Assembly: GCA_020351835.1 (NCBI GenBank)
Contig: CP070669.1
Coordinates: 1,286,378 to 1,350,377 of the forward strand
Direction of reading: 5' to 3'
Source of the DNA: Nitrospirota bacterium
GTDB taxonomy: Bacteria > Nitrospirota > Thermodesulfovibrionia > Thermodesulfovibrionales > BMS3Bbin05
DNA: 64,000 bases
This document shows, one piece after another, positions 31,405 to 39,659 of the stretch. The first letter of the stretch is position 1. Each line of letters starts with the position of its first letter. The notes under the pieces were generated by a model that saw only the letters and a program-made list of their open reading frames with translations, had not been told where the DNA came from and ran no database searches. The position numbers and the translations under genes are program-made.

Positions 31405-31541
31405 TAAAAAAAATGATAATTGGAACTTTGCTTTATCTTATAACGACTATATGTATAAAAAACATATAATTGTCGAAATATTAATGGGTTGGAAATAAAT
31501 GTTGATTTATTGTAAAGTGATATGGGAGAGTTGAACCGGTT

Positions 31542-33218
31542 ATGTCAAATTTTCCTTTGAAGAACATCCTTATAGCTAAGAAATCGATCCATTCACTTAG
31601 CTTCAAGCTTATCTTTGCGATCGGGGGATTGATCCTGGTTGGAAGCCTTTCCTTCTGGTATTCGATCATCCATACAAGCAAGGAAGAGATGCTGAACACG
31701 ACAGCAAGCTTTGCGACCACCAATGTGAACCTGATACAAAAGAGCACGCACCAGTACATGCTGGCAAACAATCTCGAAGACGTCCAGAAAACGCTGGAGA
31801 CGATGGTCTCAGAAGATGCCATAAGCAACATAAGGGTATTCGATTGCAGGGGAAAGATAGCCTTTGCTTCGGACAGGGAAGAAGTGGGAAAGACACTTCA
31901 TGGAAAATCTGAGACATGCAATATCTGTCATGAGGATACCAGCAAGGCCATCGAAACATTGAAGTTCAGCGAATCTGCAATATCCGATCCAAAATGGACC
32001 GTAATTAACAGGGACGGCAAAAGGGTGCTCAGGAGTGTCGTTGCTATCTACAATGAAAAGTCATGTTATACCGCGGCGTGTCACTTCCACCCGGAGGAAA
32101 AGCAAAAACTTGGGATCCTTGAGGCAGATTATTCACTCGCTAATTTTGATCATAAGACCCAGCATCAGAACATAGCTATAGCTACGTTCGGGATAATCTT
32201 TACTGCGGTCCTCTCGGTCATTCTCTGCATAATACTGTGGAATATAGTAATAAGTCCTATTCTTACGATGACAGAGGGAATGGAGATCGCATCAAAGGGA
32301 GACCTTGATCATAAGGTTAACATCAATACCAAGGATGAGCTCGGAATGCTTGCAAAGACGTATAACTCAATGACAAGTGAACTAAAGCACTCCCGTGAAA
32401 AACTTGAGAACTGGGCAAAAGAGCTGGAAAAAGAGGTTGCTATCAAGACAGCCGAGATAAAAAGAGGACAGGAGCAGTATATCCACACCGAAAAACTCGC
32501 TTCCCTGGGAAGGATGGCCGCCGGTGTCGCACATGAACTGAACAGTCCTCTAACAGGCATTGTTACCTTTGCCCACCTGTTGATGGACAGGATACCCGAA
32601 GAGAACAAGATGGACAGGGAGGACCTCGAGGTCATCGTGGAGCAGGCAGAGAGATGCTCCAAGATCATTAAGGGATTGCTCGGTTTCTCGAGGGCAATGC
32701 CAGCTGAGAAGAACGTCGTTGATGTTAACGATATGATAGAGCATGCCATAAACATGATACAGAACCAGGCGAAGTTCCATAACGTAGAGTTTGACGCCGA
32801 CCTTCAAAAGGACCTGCCTGACATAGGCGGGGAATCTTCGCAGATCGAGCAGGTGTTCCTTAACCTTTTTATAAATGCCGCAGACGCGATGAACAATAAA
32901 GGATCGATCCACATCCAGACATCGCAGATAAAGGTAGACGGCAAGCCCTATGTTGAGATCGTTGTATCCGACACCGGGCCCGGCATCCCCGAAGAACACC
33001 TTTCAAGGCTGTTCGAACCGTTCTTTACCACTAAGCCGGTCGGAAAGGGGACCGGTCTCGGGCTGGCCGTAAGTCACGGTATCATCCGAAAGCATGGCGG
33101 CCACATAATCGTAAAAAGCCTCCCCGGCGAAGGTGCCTGTTTCTTTGTCAGGCTGCCGGTACCTAACCCGAACGAACAAGTAAACATTGACAGTGACGAC
33201 CAGCAACAGGAAAGCTGA
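31542..33218 (+). CDS. Membrane sensor histidine kinase with a heme-c-motif periplasmic domain, HAMP, HisKA and HATPase
   Basis: 558 aa. Two TM segments bracket a roughly 160-aa domain containing CNICH (CxxCH) and CYTAACH (Cx4CH). H-box is AHELNSPL. G-boxes are DTGPGI and GTGLGL. Confidence 0.85.
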   Translation: MSNFPLKNILIAKKSIHSLSFKLIFAIGGLILVGSLSFWYSIIHTSKEEMLNTTASFATTNVNLIQKSTHQYMLANNLEDVQKTLETMVSEDAISNIRVFDCRGKIAFASDREEVGKTLHGKSETCNICHEDTSKAIETLKFSESAISDPKWTVINRDGKRVLRSVVAIYNEKSCYTAACHFHPEEKQKLGILEADYSLANFDHKTQHQNIAIATFGIIFTAVLSVILCIILWNIVISPILTMTEGMEIASKGDLDHKVNINTKDELGMLAKTYNSMTSELKHSREKLENWAKELEKEVAIKTAEIKRGQEQYIHTEKLASLGRMAAGVAHELNSPLTGIVTFAHLLMDRIPEENKMDREDLEVIVEQAERCSKIIKGLLGFSRAMPAEKNVVDVNDMIEHAINMIQNQAKFHNVEFDADLQKDLPDIGGESSQIEQVFLNLFINAADAMNNKGSIHIQTSQIKVDGKPYVEIVVSDTGPGIPEEHLSRLFEPFFTTKPVGKGTGLGLAVSHGIIRKHGGHIIVKSLPGEGACFFVRLPVPNPNEQVNIDSDDQQQES

Positions 33219-34647
33219 GGATAAGGAGAGCCATCTGACACCGGCACATATCCTTGTTATTGATGATGAGGAGATCCTTCTGAAAAGCTGCCAGAGATCA
33301 CTCGAGCCTTTGGGGCATACTGTTGTCACTACAAGGTCCCCGGAGGAGGGATTAAAGATTCTGGAGGACCAGAGGTTCGACCTGGTACTTTCCGACCTCC
33401 GAATGCCGCATATGGACGGGCTGGACGTTCTAAGGAACGTAAAAGAGAACTGGCCCGACACAGAGGTAATAATAATAACAGGCCACGGGACGGTAAATAC
33501 TGCCGTATCTGCAATGAAGACAGGGGCTTTCGATTACATCGAAAAACCGTTCACGCCGGATACGCTGAACATAATAGTCGAGAGGGCGCTCAAAACAAGG
33601 CAGATATACATCGAGCACGCTCAGCTCAAAAAAGAAGTAAGGTCCTTCTATATAAAGAACATCATTGGTAAGTCTCCGGCCATGGAGAACGTCTACAAGC
33701 TCATAGATTCTGTAACTTCGACCGCAAGCACAGTTCTGATAACTGGAGAGAGCGGGACGGGAAAAGAGCTAGTTGCCCGTGCCATACATTTTAACAGCCC
33801 CCGGAGCGATGATTCGTTCATGGTACTTGACTGCGGAACACTTTCTGAGAACCTTATCGAGTCAGAGCTTTTCGGCCATATGAAGGGATCGTTCACGGGA
33901 GCTACCGAAAATAAGGTCGGCCTTCTGGAAGCAGCGGATAAGGGGACACTGTTCCTCGATGAGATAGGGAACCTGCCTATGCAGCTCCAGACGAAACTGC
34001 TCAGGGTATTGCAGGAGAAAGAGTTCAGGCCGATCGGTGCCAAGCGTTCGAACAAGGTCGATGTGAGGTTCATAGCCGCTACCAACAGGGACCTTAAGGA
34101 GATGGTAGATAACGGGGAGTTCAGAGAGGACCTCTACTACAGGCTGAACATATTTCCCATCCACGTTCCTTCCCTTAGTGAAAGAAGGGAGGATATCCCT
34201 CTGCTTTCATATCACTTTCTGGGAAAGTTCGAATCAGAGCTCGGACTGAAGGTAGACAATATAGATGCGGATGCCATGAACATTCTGATCAACTACGACT
34301 GGCCCGGCAATGTAAGGGAGCTGGAGAACGCTATACACAGGGCAATGTTATTGAGCGAGACCGGTATCATCACCCCCTCCCAGCTTATCTTTCTGGATGA
34401 AGCGGTCAGGGGAGGCATACCCGGCACGGCTGAAGAGTTAAAAGAGATAAAGAAGAGGTTAAGGTCAAGATCGATCGAGAGCGTCGAAAAGGCATTTGTC
34501 ATAAGTGCCCTGGAAAGGAACGATTGGAACGTGTCAAAGGCTGCCAGGAGCGTTGGTATGCAGAGAACTAACCTGCACGCACTGATCAGGAAGTATGACG
34601 TACCGATGAAGGAAAAGGATGCAGAGGAGCAAGGTGATGAAGCTTAA
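33187..34647 (+). CDS. Sigma-54-dependent response regulator (NtrC family: REC-AAA+-Fis HTH)
   Basis: 486 aa. REC (ILVIDDEE, SDLRMPHMDG, YIEKPF), AAA+ (GESGTGKE, GSFTGA loop, ESELFGH), and a C-terminal HTH (NVSKAARSVGMQRTNLHALIRKY). Confidence 0.9.
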   Translation: MTVTTSNRKAEDKESHLTPAHILVIDDEEILLKSCQRSLEPLGHTVVTTRSPEEGLKILEDQRFDLVLSDLRMPHMDGLDVLRNVKENWPDTEVIIITGHGTVNTAVSAMKTGAFDYIEKPFTPDTLNIIVERALKTRQIYIEHAQLKKEVRSFYIKNIIGKSPAMENVYKLIDSVTSTASTVLITGESGTGKELVARAIHFNSPRSDDSFMVLDCGTLSENLIESELFGHMKGSFTGATENKVGLLEAADKGTLFLDEIGNLPMQLQTKLLRVLQEKEFRPIGAKRSNKVDVRFIAATNRDLKEMVDNGEFREDLYYRLNIFPIHVPSLSERREDIPLLSYHFLGKFESELGLKVDNIDADAMNILINYDWPGNVRELENAIHRAMLLSETGIITPSQLIFLDEAVRGGIPGTAEELKEIKKRLRSRSIESVEKAFVISALERNDWNVSKAARSVGMQRTNLHALIRKYDVPMKEKDAEEQGDEA

Positions 34648-34993
34648 GAAGATTATAGAAATACTTGATGCAGTGGTACTGGATGAAACCAGAGATATTG
34701 ATATGGAGATCAACTGGGCATGTGCTACTGACCTGATGAGCGAGGTTCTTTATTACTCACAGAAGGACTCCATTCTGCTTACGGGACTTGCAAAGTCGCA
34801 GGCCGTCCGGACAGCCGAGATCGCGGACATAAGCGTGGTGGCCTTTACCAGGGGTAAAGAGCCCGATGCCGAGACGATCGAACTGGCAAAAAAGAAGAAC
34901 ATAGTGATACTGATCACCCCTATGTCCCTCTATCTCGCATCGGGAAAACTATATGCGGAAGGCCTCGAGTGCAGTCCGGTGACAAAGGACTGA
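34637..34993 (+). CDS. DRTGG-domain protein
   Basis: About 118 aa (KIIEILDAVVL...DLMSEVL...ILLTGLAKSQAVRTAEIADI). The ATG at 34637 has GGAG upstream and overlaps the end of the NtrC-type gene. Confidence 0.55.
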   Translation: MKLKKIIEILDAVVLDETRDIDMEINWACATDLMSEVLYYSQKDSILLTGLAKSQAVRTAEIADISVVAFTRGKEPDAETIELAKKKNIVILITPMSLYLASGKLYAEGLECSPVTKD

Positions 34994-34999
34994 TCTGAC

Positions 35000-35431
35000 A
35001 TGAAGAAGGAGGGATTCTTCAATATAGTCGGCGGCGACTTCTCAAGATCAGGAGAGGCATCTACCCAGCTTAAACAGATATTGCATTCCATGGGTATAAA
35101 TAACGATACGATCAGGAGGGCCTCGATATCGACCTTTGAGGCGGAGATGAATGTCATAATCTATACCCCTGCCGGCATGCTCAAGTATGAGATAGACGAT
35201 GATATTATAAAGATAATAGTCCAGGATATGGGGCCTGGGATAGAGGATATTGATCTTGCGATGAAGGAAGGATATTCTACCGCTCCTGACTGGGTAAGAG
35301 AAATGGGGTGGGGAGCAGGGATGGGCCTGCCTAACATGAAGAAGAACTCGGACGAATTTAAAATAGATTCGGTCCCGGGGGAAGGGACAACAGTGGAGAT
35401 GATCATTTACCCCAAAAAAGGGAGGGAATAA
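35000..35431 (+). CDS. RsbW/SpoIIAB-like anti-sigma-type kinase (HATPase_c only)
   Basis: 143 aa (EAEMNVIIY, VQDMGPGIEDIDLAMKEGYST, GMGLPNMKK). No HisKA/H-box. Confidence 0.65.
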   Translation: MKKEGFFNIVGGDFSRSGEASTQLKQILHSMGINNDTIRRASISTFEAEMNVIIYTPAGMLKYEIDDDIIKIIVQDMGPGIEDIDLAMKEGYSTAPDWVREMGWGAGMGLPNMKKNSDEFKIDSVPGEGTTVEMIIYPKKGRE

Positions 35432-35766
35432 TGAAGATCAGTGAGGTTATCTCGAAACTCCAGCTCACGGCATATACCAGGATGCCCGGGGGGGAGGAAC
35501 TAATCAATAACGTTTATGTCAGTGACCTTCTTTCGGATGTTATGGCAAATGCCCATGAGAAAGGGATATGGATAACCCTTCAGACCCATATCAATGTTGT
35601 AGCGGTCGCAGCAATGAAGAATATACCTGCAGTCATAATCGTTAACGGCCGCAAGCCTGATGATGATACCCTCAAAAAAGCAACCGATGAGGGTGTAGCA
35701 ATATTAGGCACTGATATGCATGCCTTTGAAGCGGCCGGCATATTGTACAATATGCTTAATGGCTGA
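35431..35766 (+). CDS. DRTGG-domain protein (second copy)
   Basis: 111 aa (VYVSDLLSDVMANA...ITLQTHINVVAVAAM). Its start overlaps the previous stop (TAATG). Confidence 0.55.
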   Translation: MKISEVISKLQLTAYTRMPGGEELINNVYVSDLLSDVMANAHEKGIWITLQTHINVVAVAAMKNIPAVIIVNGRKPDDDTLKKATDEGVAILGTDMHAFEAAGILYNMLNG

Positions 35767-36505
35767 TACCTTCAGAGCGGACCTTCATATCCATTCATGC
35801 CTTTCCCCATGCTCCGAGCTTGATATGACACCTCGCAATATCGTAAAGCGTGCGAAGGGACTCGGGCTGGACATAATAGCTGTCGCCGATCATAACACCG
35901 CGCAGAATGTTGATGTAACCGACAGGATAGCCAGTGCTGAGGGCATTATCGTTGTACCGGCAATGGAGATAACATCATCAGAAGAGGTACATCTGCTTGC
36001 CCTTTTCGGTGACCTTGACAGCGCATTGGGGATGCAGAAGATCGTACTTGACTCTATCGCTCCAATTGCAGCGTATAAACATGATGAGCAGTCACAACCC
36101 ATTGTCAACGAGAACGATGAGGTTCTCTCATTTAATCCACTGCCCCTTATCAATGCCACATCAATATCGCTTTCTGATCTGGTCAGGACCGTCCATGAAC
36201 GAGACGGTATCGCTATAGCCTGCCATATCGACAGGGAAGCATTCAGTATCATCTCGCAACTTGGGTTCGTTCCTGAAGAACTTGAGCTTGATGCTGTCGA
36301 GGTCTCTCCCCGGGTAGGGTCTCTGGATGAAGCCATATCATGTATGCCGGGAAAAAAGTTCCCTCTTGTATCATTTTCCGACTCTCATCATCCCTCGGAT
36401 ATCGGCAGGAGGATCACGGAGTTCACAATTGATAAACCGACTCCGGAACACATCATTAAGTGCCTCAGAAATTCTGACATGGATAAGATCCGTATCGTCT
36501 TCTGA
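35759..36505 (+). CDS. PHP-domain (polymerase/histidinol phosphatase-like) metallo-phosphoesterase
   Basis: RADLHIHSCLSPCS...AVADHNT is the PHP signature. The ATG at 35759 overlaps the upstream stop. The ORF track begins at 35720. Confidence 0.7.
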   Translation: MADTFRADLHIHSCLSPCSELDMTPRNIVKRAKGLGLDIIAVADHNTAQNVDVTDRIASAEGIIVVPAMEITSSEEVHLLALFGDLDSALGMQKIVLDSIAPIAAYKHDEQSQPIVNENDEVLSFNPLPLINATSISLSDLVRTVHERDGIAIACHIDREAFSIISQLGFVPEELELDAVEVSPRVGSLDEAISCMPGKKFPLVSFSDSHHPSDIGRRITEFTIDKPTPEHIIKCLRNSDMDKIRIVF

Positions 36506-36684
36506 GGCAATCCTAAAGTTATATTGTTTCTTAATCTATTAATTCAGAATTTATATTGTTTTTTTCCGTATTCTGTGATAGAATTTTCAGTAATACAGAT
36601 GTATATTTGGGGAAATGCTTGTTTTTCAATGAAAACTTACAGACTTCTCTTTCAGGGAAGGCCATAATCATCTAGGAGGATCTT

Positions 36685-38130
36685 ATGAGATCGAAGTCAT
36701 TATTTGTATTAATGGCACTCGCCCTTATCGTTTCGTTCCCGGCCATATCAAGCGCTACGAACGGAATGAACCTCGAGGGTTACGGTCCTATATCGCTTGG
36801 AATGGGCGGTGCAGGGCTTGCCTTTGACAACGGTACGGCCGCTGTAATGAACAACCCGGCCACACTCGGCCTGATGGACGATGGTCACAGATTTGATGTA
36901 GCTCTCGGTTTTCTCGGGCCTAATGTAACTGCTGAAATGACAGGTTTCCCAAAGGCCGATTCGTCAGCAAACGCATTCTTTATGCCGGCATTCGGCTGGG
37001 CATCGAAGAAGAACAACCTGACATACGGTATAGCGATGTTCGCTCAGGGTGGTATGGGTACAGAGTATTCTGATACATCTTTTCTTACTGCTGGCTCTGG
37101 AGAAGAAGTAAGGTCGGAGGTCGGCGTAGGGCGGCTTATGGTGCCTATTGCATACAATTTCTCTGACAAATTGACCGTTGGCGGTAGTGTGGATTTCGTC
37201 TGGGCAATGATGGACCTTAAAATGGCTTTAAGCGGTGCACAGTTGGGTGATATGGTAGCTGCATTGGGCGGAACTCAGTCTGCCGGTACTGCCAGTGGTA
37301 CCATGATAGATGGAATGGTCACAATGATCACCAATGGATGGTTAAATCCATTCTGGGCTCGTTTCGACTTCTCTGACGATAGTGCTTTTTTTGGAGAGGC
37401 AAAAGGATACGGAGTTGCCGGGAAGTTAGGTTTAGTATATGAAGTATCTCCCGAATTCACCGTAGGTGTTACTTATCATAGTAAAACTGCATTAAGTGAC
37501 CTGGAAACCAGTGGCGCTACAGTTACAATTAATGCAGATATGGATGATGGTATAGCAGCCGGCGGAGCCCCCTCCGGCACTTTCTCTAACTATACAGTGC
37601 CTGTTACAGGGACTATATCAGTAAAGGATTTCCAGTGGCCAGCTACGTATGGTATCGGTGTAGCGTATAAAGCAATGGAAAGCAGATTGTTGTTGGCAGC
37701 AGATATTAAATATATTGCATGGGAAGAAGTTATGAAGGACTTCAGCATGGGATTTGAGGCTGATACTTCACAGACCAATCCGCAGGCAATGGGTTTTGCC
37801 GGTGCTACTATGGATGCTTCATTATTTCAAGAATGGGACAATCAGACAGTAATTGCTGTCGGAGCGTCATACGCCGTTAATGATGCATTTACTGTGCGCG
37901 CTGGTTATAACCATTCCGCAAATCCGATCCCAAACACTTATCTAAATGCCTTGTTCCCTGCTATTGTGGAGTCACATGCTACTCTCGGTGGCGGTTATAA
38001 CTTTGGCTCATCAAGTTTAAATGCAGCATTGTCAATGGCTTTCGAGTCATCCGCGACAAACTCCATGATGCCTGTTGAATCAACTCACAGTCAGCTAAGC
38101 GGCCAGGTAATGTACTCGTACAAGTACTAG
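36685..38130 (+). CDS. FadL/OmpP1/TodX-family outer-membrane hydrophobic-compound channel
   Basis: 481 aa with a signal peptide (SSA-TNG), an N-terminal hatch GYGPISLGMGGAGLAFDNGTAAVMNNPATL, and a C-terminal aromatic residue (MYSYKY). Confidence 0.8.
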   Translation: MRSKSLFVLMALALIVSFPAISSATNGMNLEGYGPISLGMGGAGLAFDNGTAAVMNNPATLGLMDDGHRFDVALGFLGPNVTAEMTGFPKADSSANAFFMPAFGWASKKNNLTYGIAMFAQGGMGTEYSDTSFLTAGSGEEVRSEVGVGRLMVPIAYNFSDKLTVGGSVDFVWAMMDLKMALSGAQLGDMVAALGGTQSAGTASGTMIDGMVTMITNGWLNPFWARFDFSDDSAFFGEAKGYGVAGKLGLVYEVSPEFTVGVTYHSKTALSDLETSGATVTINADMDDGIAAGGAPSGTFSNYTVPVTGTISVKDFQWPATYGIGVAYKAMESRLLLAADIKYIAWEEVMKDFSMGFEADTSQTNPQAMGFAGATMDASLFQEWDNQTVIAVGASYAVNDAFTVRAGYNHSANPIPNTYLNALFPAIVESHATLGGGYNFGSSSLNAALSMAFESSATNSMMPVESTHSQLSGQVMYSYKY

Positions 38131-38145
38131 ACGATATTTTTTTAC

Positions 38146-38178
38146 GGGGGGCTTTTGCCCCCCCTTTTCTTCTTTTGG
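38146..38178 (+). terminator. Rho-independent terminator
   Basis: GGGGGGC-TTTT-GCCCCCC stem-loop followed by a T-rich tract. Confidence 0.8.
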
Positions 38179-38272
38179 ATGCGGTGAACATTAATCCTAT
38201 AATATCAAGCTCTTATGCGATTTAGAACATAGCACAAATAGAAACTTATATTCTCAATCAGTTTCTAAACTG

Positions 38273-38301
38273 TTGAAATATTCACTCGTTATATGTAATA
38301 A
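38273..38301 (+). promoter_or_regulatory. Candidate sigma-70 promoter for tusA-dsrE2-dsrE (TTGAAA-17 nt-TAATAA)
   Basis: Hexamers and spacing read directly from the sequence, about 60 nt upstream of the ATG at 38362. Confidence 0.3.
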
Positions 38302-38361
38302 TGATATATATAAGTAAGGTACGGTTAGGGGGACCTAGTTAACTACATAAAGGAGGACAGT

Positions 38362-38586
38362 ATGGCTAAGACAGAATTGGATTTCAGAGGAATGTCGTGC
38401 CCTATGCCTATCATGAAGACCGCTATGGCTTTCAAGAAAGCCACGTCAGGAGATGTGTTCACTATCATGTGTGATGACCCGGGCTTCGAACCTGATATAA
38501 AGGCATGGGCCAGTGAGACCGGTAATGTGCTTGACAGCATTGAGAAGAAGGACAAGGATATTATCGCTACCGTAACAAAGAAATAA
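38362..38586 (+). CDS. tusA: TusA/SirA-family sulfurtransferase
   Basis: 74 aa with the CPMP motif (LDFRGMSCPMPIMK). AAGGAGG lies before the ATG. Confidence 0.85.
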   Translation: MAKTELDFRGMSCPMPIMKTAMAFKKATSGDVFTIMCDDPGFEPDIKAWASETGNVLDSIEKKDKDIIATVTKK

Positions 38587-38604
38587 GTGCAAAAGGAGCA
38601 TACG

Positions 38605-39189
38605 ATGGCAAATGGTGAAGTATCAGAAAAGGTGAGTGACATCAAAGGAATGGCAGGCGATGGAGTTGCCGCAAAGGTGCAGGAGCTCGAAGAGCGCCTG
38701 GCAAAGCTAGAGGACAAGAACAACAACCTTACGATGATCCTTATGAGCGGTGAGTTCGATAAGGCTTTTGCAGCCTTTATCATCGCTAACGGTGCCCTGG
38801 CAATGGGTAAAGAGGTAACGATGTTCGTTACGTTCTGGGGCCTTGACGCTATCAAGAAACCATCATTCAGTACGGCAGGCCGCGGATTCCTCGAAAAGAT
38901 GGTTCTCTGGATGAGGCCTAAAGGACCGAACAAGCTTGCTACATCCAAGATGAACTTCGCCGGCATAGGCCCGAAGCTTTTCAGGTATATGATGAAGAAG
39001 AAGAAGGTCGAACAGCTGCACAACCTGATCGAGATGGCTACAGAGTTCGGTCTTAAGATCATAGGGTGCCAGATGTCGATGGATGTTATGGGGCTTAAAG
39101 CAGAGGACCTGATAGACGGTGTCGAGGTAGGCGGTGTTGCAACAATGCTCAACAGCTCTTACAAATCGAACTCTACACTGTTCATATAA
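38605..39189 (+). CDS. DsrE2-like protein (DsrE/DsrF/DrsH-like, DrsE_2 family) with an N-terminal coiled-coil
   Basis: LTMILMSGEFDKAFAAFIIANGALAMG...GCQMSMDVMG matches the family pattern. The ATG at 38605 follows AAGGAG. The track start at 38587 is a GTG. Confidence 0.6.
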   Translation: MANGEVSEKVSDIKGMAGDGVAAKVQELEERLAKLEDKNNNLTMILMSGEFDKAFAAFIIANGALAMGKEVTMFVTFWGLDAIKKPSFSTAGRGFLEKMVLWMRPKGPNKLATSKMNFAGIGPKLFRYMMKKKKVEQLHNLIEMATEFGLKIIGCQMSMDVMGLKAEDLIDGVEVGGVATMLNSSYKSNSTLFI

Positions 39190-39212
39190 CACATTATTAG
39201 AAGGAGAAGGAA

Positions 39213-39578
39213 ATGGCAAACAAGGTTGTGTATGTAATATCGGGAGACCCGAGAGAAAAAACAGAGAACGTATCCGCCGTATTTGCCCAGGCCCTTACTG
39301 CTATTTCGTTCGATTACGATTGCGAGATATTCCTGATGGATGAGGCGGTAAAGTCGGTGGTAAAGGGAGCCATTGACGATGTTAAGTTCAAGACGTTCGA
39401 GCCCATTGTCGAGATGATGTCCAACTATATGGATATGGGCGGCAAGTTGTATGTCTGTCACCCCTCAAGCGATGCGCGTGATATACACGAGGGTGACTGC
39501 ATAGAAGGTATCGAGTTCGTAAACGCGTCAAAATTGCTCGAAAGCGGAAAGAAAGCTGACGCTGTGTTCACTTTCTAA
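39213..39578 (+). CDS. DsrE-like small sulfur-relay protein (copy 1)
   Basis: 121 aa (VVYVISGDP...LYVCHPSSDAR...FVNASKL). GGAGAAGG lies before the ATG. It is a paralogue of 51836-52201. Confidence 0.55.
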   Translation: MANKVVYVISGDPREKTENVSAVFAQALTAISFDYDCEIFLMDEAVKSVVKGAIDDVKFKTFEPIVEMMSNYMDMGGKLYVCHPSSDARDIHEGDCIEGIEFVNASKLLESGKKADAVFTF

Positions 39579-39597
39579 GATTTGGTCTTTTTTACAA

Positions 39598-39630
39598 GGG
39601 CGGCTCATTAGAGTCCGCCCATTTTTTTTG
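39598..39630 (+). terminator. Rho-independent terminator
   Basis: GGGCGG...CCGCCC stem followed by a run of 8 T. Confidence 0.8.
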
Positions 39631-39659
39631 CCGGCACTCAGCCGGTAAAGGGAGGAATC

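Noticed and set aside
36618-36640. Sigma-54-like TGGGGAAATGCTTG upstream of the FadL-type gene
   Set aside because: The spacing between GG and GC does not fit -24/-12 in any register.
38343-39152. 269-aa minus-strand ORF antisense to tusA and the DsrE2-like gene
   Set aside because: The same reasoning applies. The plus-strand genes have SD sequences and family motifs, and the antisense product has neither.
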